Below, piece by piece: positions 36,693-49,625 of a DNA stretch of 64,000 bases (positions are counted from its first letter, which is position 1; each line of letters starts with the position of its first letter). The position numbers and the translations under genes were made by a program. The stretch spans positions 44,144,001 through 44,208,000 of the forward strand of contig OZ231126.1 of assembly GCA_965153355.1 (NCBI GenBank), given 5' to 3'. Source of the DNA: Flaccisagitta enflata (lineage: Eukaryota). The notes under the pieces are model-generated. The model saw only the letters and a list, made by a program, of their open reading frames with translations. It did no database searches and was not told the origin of the DNA.

Positions 36693-37988
36693 ACATGCAA
36701 AATTCGTTTGTTTGTCCATCCGTTTGTTCGTTTGTCCCCCCAGGCCTTCTCAGGCCTGAAGTCTGCCCTCTTGGACCTGAAATCTGCCTTCTCAGGCCTG
36801 AAATGTGCCCTCTCAGGCCTAAATCTGCCCTCTCAAGCCTGAAATTTTCCTTTCAGGCCTGAAACCTATTCTCTCAGGCTTTGAATCTGCCCTCTCAGGC
36901 CTGAAATCTGCCCTCGCAGATTCCAGGCTTGAGAGGGCAGATTTCAGGCCAGAGAGGGCAGATATTAGGCCTGAGAGGACAGATTTCAGGCCTGAGGGGG
37001 CCGGGGGGGGCGGACAGACGGACGGACGGACGGACAAACGAATGAGCAAACGAAAGTCCCCTGTGTTCTACAGGACTTCATCCCCTTTAAGGCCGCTGCC
37101 CTGCCTCTCATTCTGATTTACAAGCATGCAAAGCAGGGCAACGGGTATCGCTGACCGCTGTTTCTTATGTGTGCTACGCAACTCTACACCCCGCAATGTC
37201 GGTCCATCGGTTGCTCTGTCCCCTTCTGGGCAGCGGCCCTAAAGGGGCCAATGACCCATGCTTTCACACAGGACAAATTTCTCCTCCTCCTTCTCCTCTG
37301 TCCATCCACCCCCTTCAAAGCTCATATCCTAACCTTGAGGTTCAAATCCCAACCTTCTGGCCCAAATCCTAGTCTTGAGGATCAAATACAAGGCTCAATG
37401 CCCAAATCCTAACCTTGAGGCTCAAATCCCAACCTCAAGGCTCAAATGAAAGCCACAAGGCTCCAATCCCAGCCCCGAGGCTCACATCCCAGCCTCAAGG
37501 CTCCAATCCACAGTGCTTGCAATCTGTTATTATGGACGCAGGAAGGCTAAATAGGCCAAATCGCGATCATCACCAAAATCGCTATATCACTGTTTACTAG
37601 GGGTGGGGGAAATGCACTTTAGTAAACAGATCAAGTTGCATCTCTTATATATGTTTCAACCGTATTTGGGTAAAGAAATTCATTATTTTACTCGTAGGCT
37701 TAGTCAAAAGTTAACTAGTCGGAAAAATTCCAAAAAAGTAAAAAAATTGAATTCAATCTTTGATATCAATTTTTTTTAAGAAAATTCAGAAAAGTTCGTC
37801 TTCCTTGTCCCTCTCCACCCAGGCATTTGTCCACCTACCCGTGATTCACTGTTTGATCAACAGTTTCGATCTCCTCCTCTTCTTTGTTCCGAGAAAGTTA
37901 ACTTATCCTCGATCCTCATCCCTGTTCCAAGGGATAAACAAACTCGCTCACCCACCGTTACGATCATGAGCAGCAAACCGAATCACTG

Positions 37989-38729
<741 letters not shown>

Positions 38730-38749
38730 ATCATCTCAATGTTTGAAAT

Positions 38750-39105
38750 CATCTATGACAACCATATACAATTTTCTTCCCTGACTTAACATTTTTTCAC
38801 CTATCATGGAACATCATGTGTCATCATATGACTTGTCATCATGATTTCTTCCGTGACTTAACATTTTTCATTTTTATCATCAATGACAACCATTTACAAT
38901 TTTCTTCCCTGACTTAACATTTTTCACCTATCATGTTACATTTTCATCATATGACTTGTCATCATGATTTCTTCCCTGACTTAACATTTTTCACCTATCA
39001 TGTTACATTGTCATCATATGACTGGTCATCATGATTTCTTCCCTGACTTAACATTTTTCACCTATCATGTAACATTGTCATCATATGACAATTATGACTT
39101 AACTT
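38750..39105. repeat. About 67-bp minisatellite
   Basis: Recurrent 'atttcttccctgacttaacatttttcacctatcatg..acattgtcatcatatgact'. Confidence 0.85.
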
Positions 39106-39800
39106 CCCTGCTACTTTTCATTATATGCTAGTCATATGAAAATCTCTTCTCTGACTCTTTTCTTTTTTTTGTAGGGAATAGGGGGCGCTTATTATTCTCG
39201 CGCTTATGGGTGTAGGGCGCTTATGTTTCTCGCGCTTACCATTCCGAAGCTTTTGTTTCTCGCGCTTCCACTGAGGCGCTTATTATTCCGGTACCCAAAA
39301 TCATACCCGAAAAACAATCATTCATAAAACATGCTGAGGCTTAATTTGTATATGATAATAAACTGAACTCTTAAAAGAATTGCACGGCTACGCACGGTCC
39401 AAAACCGACAGAAACCGACTCCCTAGCATCTACTGATAGGGTTCATATACCCCTGATGATGTGCAGCGAGGTGGAAGATTTGTCAAAATCGCTTGGAAGA
39501 TGATATGCTCAATCCGGAAAATTGCAAAGAAGTCCAACTTTTGCATTAAATACGAGCAGCTGGGAGAGGAAGGGGGCTGGGAGGGGAAGGGGTATAGAGT
39601 ACTATGAAGAAGAGGAGGAGGAACAAGGAAGAGAAAAAGAAGAAGAAGAAGAAGAAGAAAAAGAAGAAGAAGAAGAAGAAGAAGAAGAAGAAGAAGAAGA
39701 AGAAGACTGAAAAACCGACAGTTTGTCAAAAAATAAGACAGATAGCCAGTCATACATACAGGCAAACCAATAGACAGGGTGACGAAGAAGCAAGTAAGAG

Positions 39801-39834
<34 letters not shown>

Positions 39835-39920
39835 AATCTTAGAGGAGGAGAAGAATAACGAGGCACAGAAAGAAAGGAAAAAAGAAAAAAAAAAACCTAA
39901 TTCACATTCACCTTCATATA

Positions 39921-40511
39921 ACCATGGCCAAAAAAAAAGTAGATGCTCAATTTTTATCCTTTAATTGAAAACCAGTCACACTTTTTGCTTGAAATCTATG
40001 AGTTTTTTAAAAACTCTGCAAATCTAGACCAAGCAGAAATTTGTGACTCAAGTCGTTTAGAAATGACATAAGATTGAAGTTCAACACTCATTTTTCAAAA
40101 TGCCAAAAAGAGCAGATTTCATCATCCTTGAACAAGGCACTATCTTATTTACTTTTTCTGTAGAAGGAAGTAATGAAATAAATGGAATAAGATTTAAGGT
40201 AAAAATGAAGTATTTTTAATTCTCTACAAGATGAAACCAAGCAAAATTCTTGATTCCGCTTCGTTTAAAGGCTGTATTAATTCAAAGTTGGTTACTCTAA
40301 AAACATTTCTAAACATATTCGACATTTTTGAGTAGTTGTCTTTAGAATATCATAACTTCTACAATTTTAAAGCTAGAATGTTCAGAAAGAGCTCAAATGA
40401 AAGATCTTTTGAAGCTCTTTAAAACCATTATAGATTTTAAGGGTTTACCATTTTTAGTTACCAAGCAATCAACAATCAAAACATTGCGTCTACTTTTTTT
40501 TTGGCCATGGT
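39921..40511. mobile_element. TA-flanked MITE (Tc1/mariner-type)
   Basis: TA|ACCATGGCCAAAAAAAAAGTAGA...TCTACTTTTTTTTTGGCCATGGT|TA. Confidence 0.78.
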
Positions 40512-40528
40512 TACTCATACCCTCTCTG

Positions 40529-40604
<76 letters not shown>

Positions 40605-40647
40605 TTTTCTTTCTTTCTTTCTTTCTTTCTTTTTTTTTCTCTTTCTT

Positions 40648-40734
<87 letters not shown>

Positions 40735-41011
40735 CTGTCGCTCAGCCGAAGGGTAAGAATATGAATATGAATCGTAGAGGGAGATGTCCACCTGGATGTC
40801 TGAGATTTTTTTTTTTTTTTTTGTCTGAGATTTTTTTCGTGACCAGGAGCGAGAAGGTTGTCTTTCAAACCTATGGAAAATATCTGACCTGGTCGAGAGC
40901 ATGTACTGATGTACAACGACGACAATAGCGACCACGCAAACATCGACGACGAACAATTGACTGAAATCTGATTGATCTTTTCTTTTTTTCTCATATTCTT
41001 TCCTATAGACA

Positions 41012-41102
<91 letters not shown>

Positions 41103-41119
41103 AGCGTTGGTGTTGTTGT

Positions 41120-41214
<95 letters not shown>

Positions 41215-41310
41215 AGTGCTGTTGTTTTCAATGTAACGATTATTGTTGTTGCTCTTTTTCTCTTTCTTCTTCACTCTTTCTGGAACGATCATATTTCTAT
41301 TTCTGTTGTA

Positions 41311-41372
<62 letters not shown>
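41012..41372. repeat. (TTG)n and (GTC)n trinucleotide microsatellites
   Basis: Direct reading. Confidence 0.95.
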
Positions 41373-41816
41373 TGTTTACCTTATCATCATCGTCAGTGTT
41401 ACATACCTTCTGACGTTATAATTTTCTTTTGTTATTTGGTTACGTTACTCCTCGCACTGTCTATCAAAAGTGTAATTTTCAGCGCTCAAAAATCAAAATG
41501 CTTCTTTGATGAATATGCAATACCTAACCATTTAAAAGATTATGAACTTTATTATCTTGTAACCTAGATTATGAAAAGTAACGGTAGGTTTGTTGCTAGG
41601 GTTAGCATATTATCTTTTTTGCCTCTCTTTGGAAGATGAACTCACTCACAAAGCTTCATGCGTCGAAAAAAACAGATTGCAAGCACTGTGCAATCCCACC
41701 CTCAAGGCTCAAATCCCAGCCTGGAGGCTCCAGCACTGCAGATTATGGAGTAGCGGGTAGCGCCGCTACTTGGCAGGACAAAGGGCGTGTCAGCAGCTAT
41801 CGGCAGATGGAGAAAA

Positions 41817-44800
41817 AATAGCAGCCCAAACGCAGTAAGTGGTCAGCGGTACCCGTGCCCTGCTTGAGTAGTGTGTGACTTAAGTTGAGGGGGAGCAGGG
41901 CAGCGGCCCCAAATGGGACGAAGTCCTGAAGAACTCAGGGGGAATCTGTCCGTCCGTCCGTCCATCAGTCCGTTTGTCCCCCCCTGCCCCATCCTCATGG
42001 CTTTGTCTCCTTTGGGGCCTATTCTGACTCAAATTCTGCTAAATAGCCCAAATCCAAGCAATATGGCCCAAAGCTAGGCAAAATGGCCCAAATCCAAGCA
42101 AAATAGCCCAAATCTGGTCAGAATCTAGGTATTGGAGGCACCAATATGGGTCTAATTGGCCAAAATTATGGACCCCAGGCCAGAACTGGGGTTTTCAGGC
42201 AAGATTTGGGCCATTTTGCTTGAATTTGGGCTATTTAGCAGAATTTGGGTCAGAATAGGCCCCAAAGGAGACGAAGCCCTGAGGATGGGCAGGGGGGACG
42301 GACAGAAGGACGGACATACGGAGGGACAGATTCCCCCTGTGTTCTACAGGACTTCGTCCCCTTCGGAGCTGCTGCCCTAAAGAGAGAACAGGTCGCCCAA
42401 GGGCAATATGTGGTCAGTGATACCCGTTGCCCTGCTTTGAGTGATTGTGAATTGGAGTGAGGGGAAGCAGGGCAGCGGCCCCGAAGGGGACGATGTCCTG
42501 TAGAACACAGGGGGAATTTTGTTTTTCCTGCCTCAAGAAGGGGATGAGATGCTGACTGAAGGCCTTCAAGAGCCTTAACTGAGGTCTAAGAAGGCTAATG
42601 TAAGGCGTGAGAGTGTCAATTGGACACTTGAGATAGCTGGCCCTGAGAATTTGGATTTGAGGCCTGAGCGGCTTGATTTGAGACCTGAGAGGCTCGATTT
42701 GAGGGCTGGGAGGCTGGATTTGAGACCTGAGAGGCTGGATTTGAGACCTGAGAGGCTGGATTTGAGGCCTGAGAGGCTGGATTTGAGACCTGAGAGGCTG
42801 GATTTGAGGCCTGAGAGGCTAGATTTGAGGCCTGAGAGGCTGGATTTGAGACCCAGAGGTTGACTGAGGCCTGAGAGGTTGGATTTGAGGCCTGAGAGGT
42901 TGATTGAGGCCTGAGAGGTTGGATTGTGCCTGAGAGTTGGATTGAGGCCTGAGAGGTTTGGATTAAGGCCTGAGAGGCTGGATTTGAGGCCTGAGAGGCT
43001 GATTTGGAGGCCTGAGAGGCTGAATTTGAGGCCTGAGAGGCTGGATTTGAAGCCTGAGAGGTCAGATTTTAGGCCCGAGAGATCAGATTTGAGGCTCGAG
43101 AGGTCAGATTTGAGGCCTGAAGGGCCCAATGAAGGGGGGGGACAAACAAACAGACGGACAGACGAACGAACGAACGAACGAACGACCTGAGAGGCTCGAT
43201 TTGAGGGCTGGGAGGCTGGATTTGAGACCTGAGAGGCTGGATTTGAGACCTGAGAGGCTGGATTTGAGGCCTGAGAGGCTGGATTTGAGACCTGAGAGGC
43301 TGGATTTGAGGCCTGAGAGGCTAGATTTGAGACCTGAGAGGCTGGATTTGAGACCTGAGAGGCTGGACTTGAGGCCTGAGAGGCTGGATTTGAGGCCTGA
43401 GAGGCTGGATTTGAGGCCTGAGAGGCTGGATTTAGGGCCTGAGAGCTGGATTTGAGGCCCGAGAGGTTGATTGGCGCCCGAGAGGCTGGATTTGAGGCCT
43501 GAGAGGCTGGGATTTGAGGCCTGAGAGGTTGAATTTGAGGCCTGAGAGGCTGAATTTGAAGCCTGAGAGGTCAGATTTTAGGCCCGAGAGATCAGATTTG
43601 AGGCTCGAGAGGTCAGATTGGAGGCCTTAAAATCTAGATGCAAAATAGGATGAAAAACTATCAATTCTGGATTTTTTCAAAAGGCGCCACAAAAAAGATT
43701 TCTTTGAAGCTAGAACCTTGTTCAGAAAGTCCATCCTGAGTATAAATAAGCGAAAAATTGAGAGTAATACTAAAAGCCACCTGGCGGTAGTTTGAACAAA
43801 CGAATGAACGAACGAAAGTCCCCTGTGTTCTACAGGACATCGTCCCCTTCGGGGCTGCTGCCCAAAAAAAGAGAAAATGGAGAGGCAGAAGATGATGAAA
43901 GCTTATATTTCATTAAAATATAAGGCAACAAGGACAACAATGAGCTCAGCAGATTATCAGGTTGATAAATAGCGTTTAGAAAAAACGGTACAATGCCTGA
44001 TACAGATCACAGCTCAATGTGACATAAATGAATAAAATGTACGCAAGTGTAACGTAACACTTTGAATAAAAGATCGGTTTAGAAGCGAACTTTAAGCGGA
44101 GCAGGACTATTCCACGACGGCTCATTACGTGCTGAAAACAAACTATAGGACGCAAGAAGCGAGGCCTTTGAACAAATAGAAATCATAGACTTAGTAATTG
44201 ATTTCGCATCAATGCAACACTTGAACAACAGTGCCTTTATACGCGCGCGATTTGCCGGGGTTACAAGGCCTCTGGCAGAAATTTCAACAGAAAACAATGA
44301 AACAGAATAGTTCCGTGAAAGGTCAGTTACTAACGCAGAATACTTCTCCTCTTTAAATTCATGGCTCCGATTAATATTTCTGTCCCAAGGACACGTCAGC
44401 TCAAAAATCACGATAGAGGACAGAGATTCGTTTATAAGACACATGTCAGGCTTGTAAGCCGTGACCAAAACATGCGGTGGGATGGTTCCACCATGCGGAG
44501 CCTGCATGCCAGGTAAATCGGAAAATAAGGCAAAACCGTCAATCAATTTAGGACGCATTAGATGGTCAGCGGTACCCGTGCCCCGCCTCAGGAGGTTGCG
44601 GCTGAAGTTGAGGGGGGAGCAGGCCAGTGGCCCCGAAGGGTCGACAGCGCAGCACACATATGGGGATTTTCTTCCTCTCTCCTCCTCCATCGCTTCTTTC
44701 AAACTCAGGTCCTGAGGTTCTATTCATGTTCTGCGCCCAACGTCTTGAGAAAATCCCAGCTTCAATGCTCAAATCCTAGCCTCAAGCTCCCAAATCTCAG

Positions 44801-46591
44801 CCTGAGGTAGCTGGGAGATTTGGGCCTCAAGGCCGGGACTGGGCCTCTGACTGAGATTTTGACCTTGAGGCTGAGATTTGAGCTTCACGGCTGAAATCTG
44901 GGGCTCCAGGCTAGAATTTGGGCCTTGAGGCTGGGATTTGGCCTCAAGACTGGATTTGGGCCTCAAGATCGGGATTTGGGCCTTGAGACTGGAATCTAGC
45001 CTTTGGGGACTGACTTGAGGGGAGGACGAGGAGGAGGAGGAGAAGGAGAAAATCCCCATATGTGTGAAAGAATAATGACTCCTTCGGGGCTGCTGCCCAA
45101 AAAAGAAAGAAAGATCGAAAGTCATCCATGATCGTGACATGTCATGGTACCCGATGCCCTGCTTGGGGTGATCAAGAGAAGTAGCGCAGTGAGAGCAGGG
45201 CAGCGGCCCCAAAGGGCTGATGTCCTGTAGGAAACAGGGGGGAATTTCCAGACGTCCTGAGGGGGAATATAGCAGGCCTAAGAGGAAATTGAGGCGGGGT
45301 TTGAGGTCTGGGGGAAGATTTATGCCTGAAGATTAGATTTGAGGTCTGGGGGCAGGCCTTAGGCCTTGGGGGCAGATTTGAGGCCTGGAAGGCTGATTTG
45401 AGGCCTGGAATGCTGATTTGAGGTCTGGGGAGCGGATTTGAGGCCTGGAGAGCGGATTTGATGCCTTGAGAGCTGATTTGAGGCCTGGAGAGCTGATTTG
45501 AGGCCTGGGGAGCTGATTTGAGGCCTGGAGGGCCAATTTGAGGGCTTAGAGGGCCTAAATCAGGCCTGAGAGTGAGGATATGAGGCCTCGATGGCCAACT
45601 GGGGGGGGGGAGACAGACGGAAGGACGGAAGGACGGAAGGACGGACATCTGGAAATTCCCCCCTGTGTCCTACAGGACATCGGCCCTTTGGGGCCGCTGC
45701 CCAAAAAGAACAGGTCGCCCAAGGGCAATACGTGATCAGCGATACCCGTTGCCCTGCTTTGCATGATTGTAAATTGGAATGAGAAGCAGGGCAGCGGCTC
45801 CCAAGGGACAAAGTCCCCAGTAGAACACCACAGGGATCGCTCGCTTGTCCGTCCATCCATCTGTCGTGCCCCCAGGCCTCTCAGGCTCAGGCCTGCCTCA
45901 CCTGAAACGCTCCACCAGGCCTACCTGCCCTCTCAGGCCTTGGAATCTGGAGAGGGCAGACTCAAGGCCTGAGAGGGCAGATTTTAGGCATGAGAGGGCA
46001 GATTTCAGGCCTGAGAGGGCAGATTTTAGGCCTGAGAAAGCAAATTTCAGGCCTGAGAGGACCTGGGGGGATGAACGAACGGACAAACGGACAGAGGAAA
46101 GGAGAATTAGTCGCAAAAGCGTTAGATGGTCAGCGGTACCCGTTGCCCCTATGTGAGTATGTGTTGATGTGTGATGGTGAGAGGGGCGGGGGCCCCAAAG
46201 GGGCCAATGACCTATGCTCAGAAAGTCCTCAAAGAGTAGAAAGGAGTGGATTTGACCACGAATTTCACTATGTCTGGGCAGGGTCAGGGCAGGGTTATTA
46301 CTCCGACCTCCTTCGTGGCCTTAAGGCTAGAATTTGGGCCTTGAGGCTAGAATTTGGGCCTCAAGATTAGGATTTGGACTTCAAGGCTGGGATATGAGCT
46401 TTGAAGGGGGTGGATGAAGAGAAAGAGGGGGCCTCATGGCCGGATTTTGAGCCTTGAGGCTGGATTCTGGGCTTTGAGGCTTGAAGTCCGAGGGGGTGGA
46501 CGGAGGAGAAGAAGGAGGAGAAGGAGGAGAAGGAGAAAGTTCTCCTGTGTGAAAGCATAGGTCATCGGCTCCTTCGGGGCCGCTGCCCAAA
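41817..46591 (-). mobile_element. Head-to-tail cluster of six family B Helentron-like elements
   Basis: Units at about 41817-42380, 42387-43867, 44545-45102, 45113-45706, 45707-46100 (truncated) and 46103-46591; each has a TGGTCAGCGGTACCCG-like core at left, and the complete ones end GCTGCCC-A(n) at right; 20/21-bp arrays inside. Confidence 0.75.
43890..44545 (-). mobile_element. 5'-truncated RLE-type non-LTR retrotransposon (HERO-like): endonuclease domain and 3' UTR
   Basis: Open frame LFSDLPG...GTIPPHVLVTAYKPDMCL...IFELTCPWDRNINRSHEFKEEKY...VEISARG to stop at 44079; PD-(D/E)xK restriction-like endonuclease motifs. Confidence 0.85.
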
Positions 46592-46614
46592 AGGGAAGAG
46601 AGAGAGACAGAGAC

Positions 46615-46725
<111 letters not shown>

Positions 46726-47086
46726 TGGTTGTCTCGCATTTTCATCTGCCGACGGATTGTAAAAAGCGTCATGATTTCCCGGCATGTTGTTCTTGAAAAT
46801 TGTATTGCTTGGATGCCACTCTACACCATGGGTGAATCATTTCGCCAGAAAATTAAGTGCTAAGTTACTGTTTTCCTGTGTTATCTGATCAGTTTTTTCT
46901 CTCAAAGAACTTTATTCATGTCGGCAATACCATTGGCAATAGGCTCGGCAGTTACATATGATATGAATTCAAGTAGCATTCTTTTCCACCAGTTCATTGT
47001 TTGTCTTAAAGTGAGTAAATGTATTGTTCTTAACTGAGATTTGTTTTTGTTTTTTTGTTTTTTTTGTTTTTTTTTTTTTTGTTTTT

Positions 47087-47181
<95 letters not shown>

Positions 47182-47273
47182 TTTTTTCCTGGCAAGTTAG
47201 GGAAGTAAGACTTGTCGGCAGTTTACGGGGAAAGTTTTTGCTACTCGGCAGGAGAGAATAATCTACATGTCTG

Positions 47274-47933
47274 GGAGGCTCAAACCCCAGCCTGATGCCT
47301 CTAATCCCAGCCTAAAGGTTCAAATCCCTGCATCTTGTCTCAAATCACAGTCTCAAGGCTCAAATCACAGTCTCAAGGCTCAAATCACCGCCTCGAGGCT
47401 CAAATCACCGTCTCGAGGCTAAAATCACCGCCTTGAGGCTCAAATCACCCCCTCAAAGCTCAAATCACCGCCTCCAGGCTCAAATCACCGCCTCCAGGCT
47501 CAAATCACCACCTTGATCCTCAAATCACCGCCTCGAGACTCAAATTACCGCCTTGAGGCTCAAATCACCGCCTCGAGGCTCAAATCACAGCCTTAAGGCT
47601 CAAATCACAGCCTCAAGACAAATCACAGCCTCAAGGCTCAAATCACAGACTCAAGGCTCAAATCACCATTTTGAGGCTCAAAACTCAAGCCTAGACCTTC
47701 AAAACTTATCGCTAAGTTTCCAATTTTTTCCTCAGCCAAGCCTGCCTCCAAACCTCAAATCTGCTCTTGACTAAATCCATCCTGATTTCCAACCACCTCT
47801 GGACGTCTCGAAATTCCCCCCTGTGTCCTACAGGACATCGGCCGCTGCCCTGCTCTCAATCCACTACTTCACTTGATCACTCCAAGCAGGGCATCGGGTA
47901 CCGCTGACCATGTGCGATCCTTGGATGACTAGT
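47274..47933 (+). mobile_element. Family B element (5'-truncated) with 20-bp array
   Basis: GGCTCAAATCACCGCCTCGA array; tail GGGCATCGGGTACCGCTGACCATGTGCGATCCTTGGATGACTAGTT. Confidence 0.7.
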
Positions 47934-48143
47934 TGAGGTTACTGCTCCTGCCCGGATGCCCAAATGACCTTCTCCAGCACTGCACATGCCCACCCGCACA
48001 CGACACGACAATCATTGCAGTGAAACATTCAACCTTTAATGCACCGGACATAACTTCCCTTTTCGATTGCTGAGGAAAAGATTTCTCCCTGTGTATCTGT
48101 CTGTCTCTCTCTGTCTCACTCTCTCTTTCTCTCTGTCTGTCTA

Positions 48144-48176
<33 letters not shown>

Positions 48177-48187
48177 GTCTCTCTGTC

Positions 48188-48309
<122 letters not shown>

Positions 48310-49254
48310 TTTACTTCTTGGCCTTTAGATTCTTCTATCCTGCCGAGAAGCAAAAATTTTCTAGTAGAATCTGCCGAATGCTATTTTTTTCTATCTTTCC
48401 TGTAACTAACTATAAGTGAAGAAAAAACGCGGCAAGAAGTTTTTTTTTCAATCACACAATAGAGAAGCGTCTTTTTTACTACTTGCCTCAAAAAACTGTT
48501 TTTTTTTTCTCATACTACTTCCATTATTTAACTCATTAATTGTTTGGTAAGAAAAGTCGTTCATAGAAATAAACATTTTCGTAAGAGTTATGCAGAGTTA
48601 AGAAACAAGGCCGGATACACGGCCAAAAGTTGCAGACAGGTGGGCAGGGGCGGAAATGCGCGTTTTCCCACTTTTCGACTCGATCACCTCTACAGACCAA
48701 CCGACCAACCAACCAACCGACCGACCAACCGACGGACGGACAAAGCCTCTTATAGAGTTGCGTGTCCGCAACTAAAAAGGTGGAATCCACATTTCGGATA
48801 TTGTCAACAGCCTCTGAAACATGATAAAATTTGAGTTTGAAATGCCTGCCATTCCTGTCTTTTCTTCTTTTTTTCATTCCTCCGCCTCTTTTCCTTACTT
48901 TTCTTCTCGTTATTTTTCATCTGCTTTTCCTTTTTCTTTCTTTGCTGCTTCGTTTTTTTTTTCTGTTTTTTTTTTCTTTTTCTTTTTTTTCTCTTTTTCT
49001 TCTTCTTCTTCTTCTTCTTCTTCTTCTTCTTCTTCTTCTTCTTCTTCTTCTTCTTCTTCTTCTTCTCTTTCTTCTTATAGCTGCGGAGTGCTGATACCCT
49101 CCTAAGCATGTCTTTCTTTTTCTTTTATCTTCTTTGCTCTTTTTCTACTATACCACCTTTTTCTTTTCTTTTTCTTATGTTTGCTGAGATTTGTTGCTTC
49201 CCTCTCAAACATGCCTGCTTGCCTTTTGTCCTCTTTTTTATTTCTTCTTCTTCT

Positions 49255-49264
49255 NNNNNNNNNN
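49255..49264. other. Assembly gap (10 N)
   Basis: N run. Confidence 1.
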
Positions 49265-49625
49265 GGAAAATTATCGAGATATTACATAGGGAATATCTGA
49301 ATATTATCTAGATAATGTGCCCAATGTGAAAACCCCTTTAGGCATGTTATTCATGATTAGTAGCACTCGTAGGCGTATTATTGCTATATGTTCTAAGTGA
49401 TCATTTTCTTTTGTGATCTTCTTCACGTTTTTCGTAGTATCCGCTTTTCATCGTTTTGCACAGTGCAGATTTAGTATCAGCTTTACATACAGTATCTATG
49501 ACCTACTCCCGCCTTGGGTGAGGAGGGGAGGCGAGAGGGGGTGGGGGGGATGAGGTGCGTCGGTTCGGCGGCTCGAGCTTTGCCGCCTAGTGGCCTGATG
49601 GGCGACGTCGTCTTTGCTGCTTTGC

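Noticed and set aside
42575-43455. ORFs of (RPERLDL)n / (SGLKSSL)n resembling repeat proteins
   Set aside because: Translation of the 21-bp tandem array inside family B elements; open on both strands
42684-43626. About 430-bp internal duplication in a family B copy
   Set aside because: Within a tandem array and with small indels; may be slippage or an assembly artefact
44546-44702. N-terminal part of the 207-aa ORF 44079-44702
   Set aside because: Derived from a family B element end; chance in-frame join to the RLE fragment
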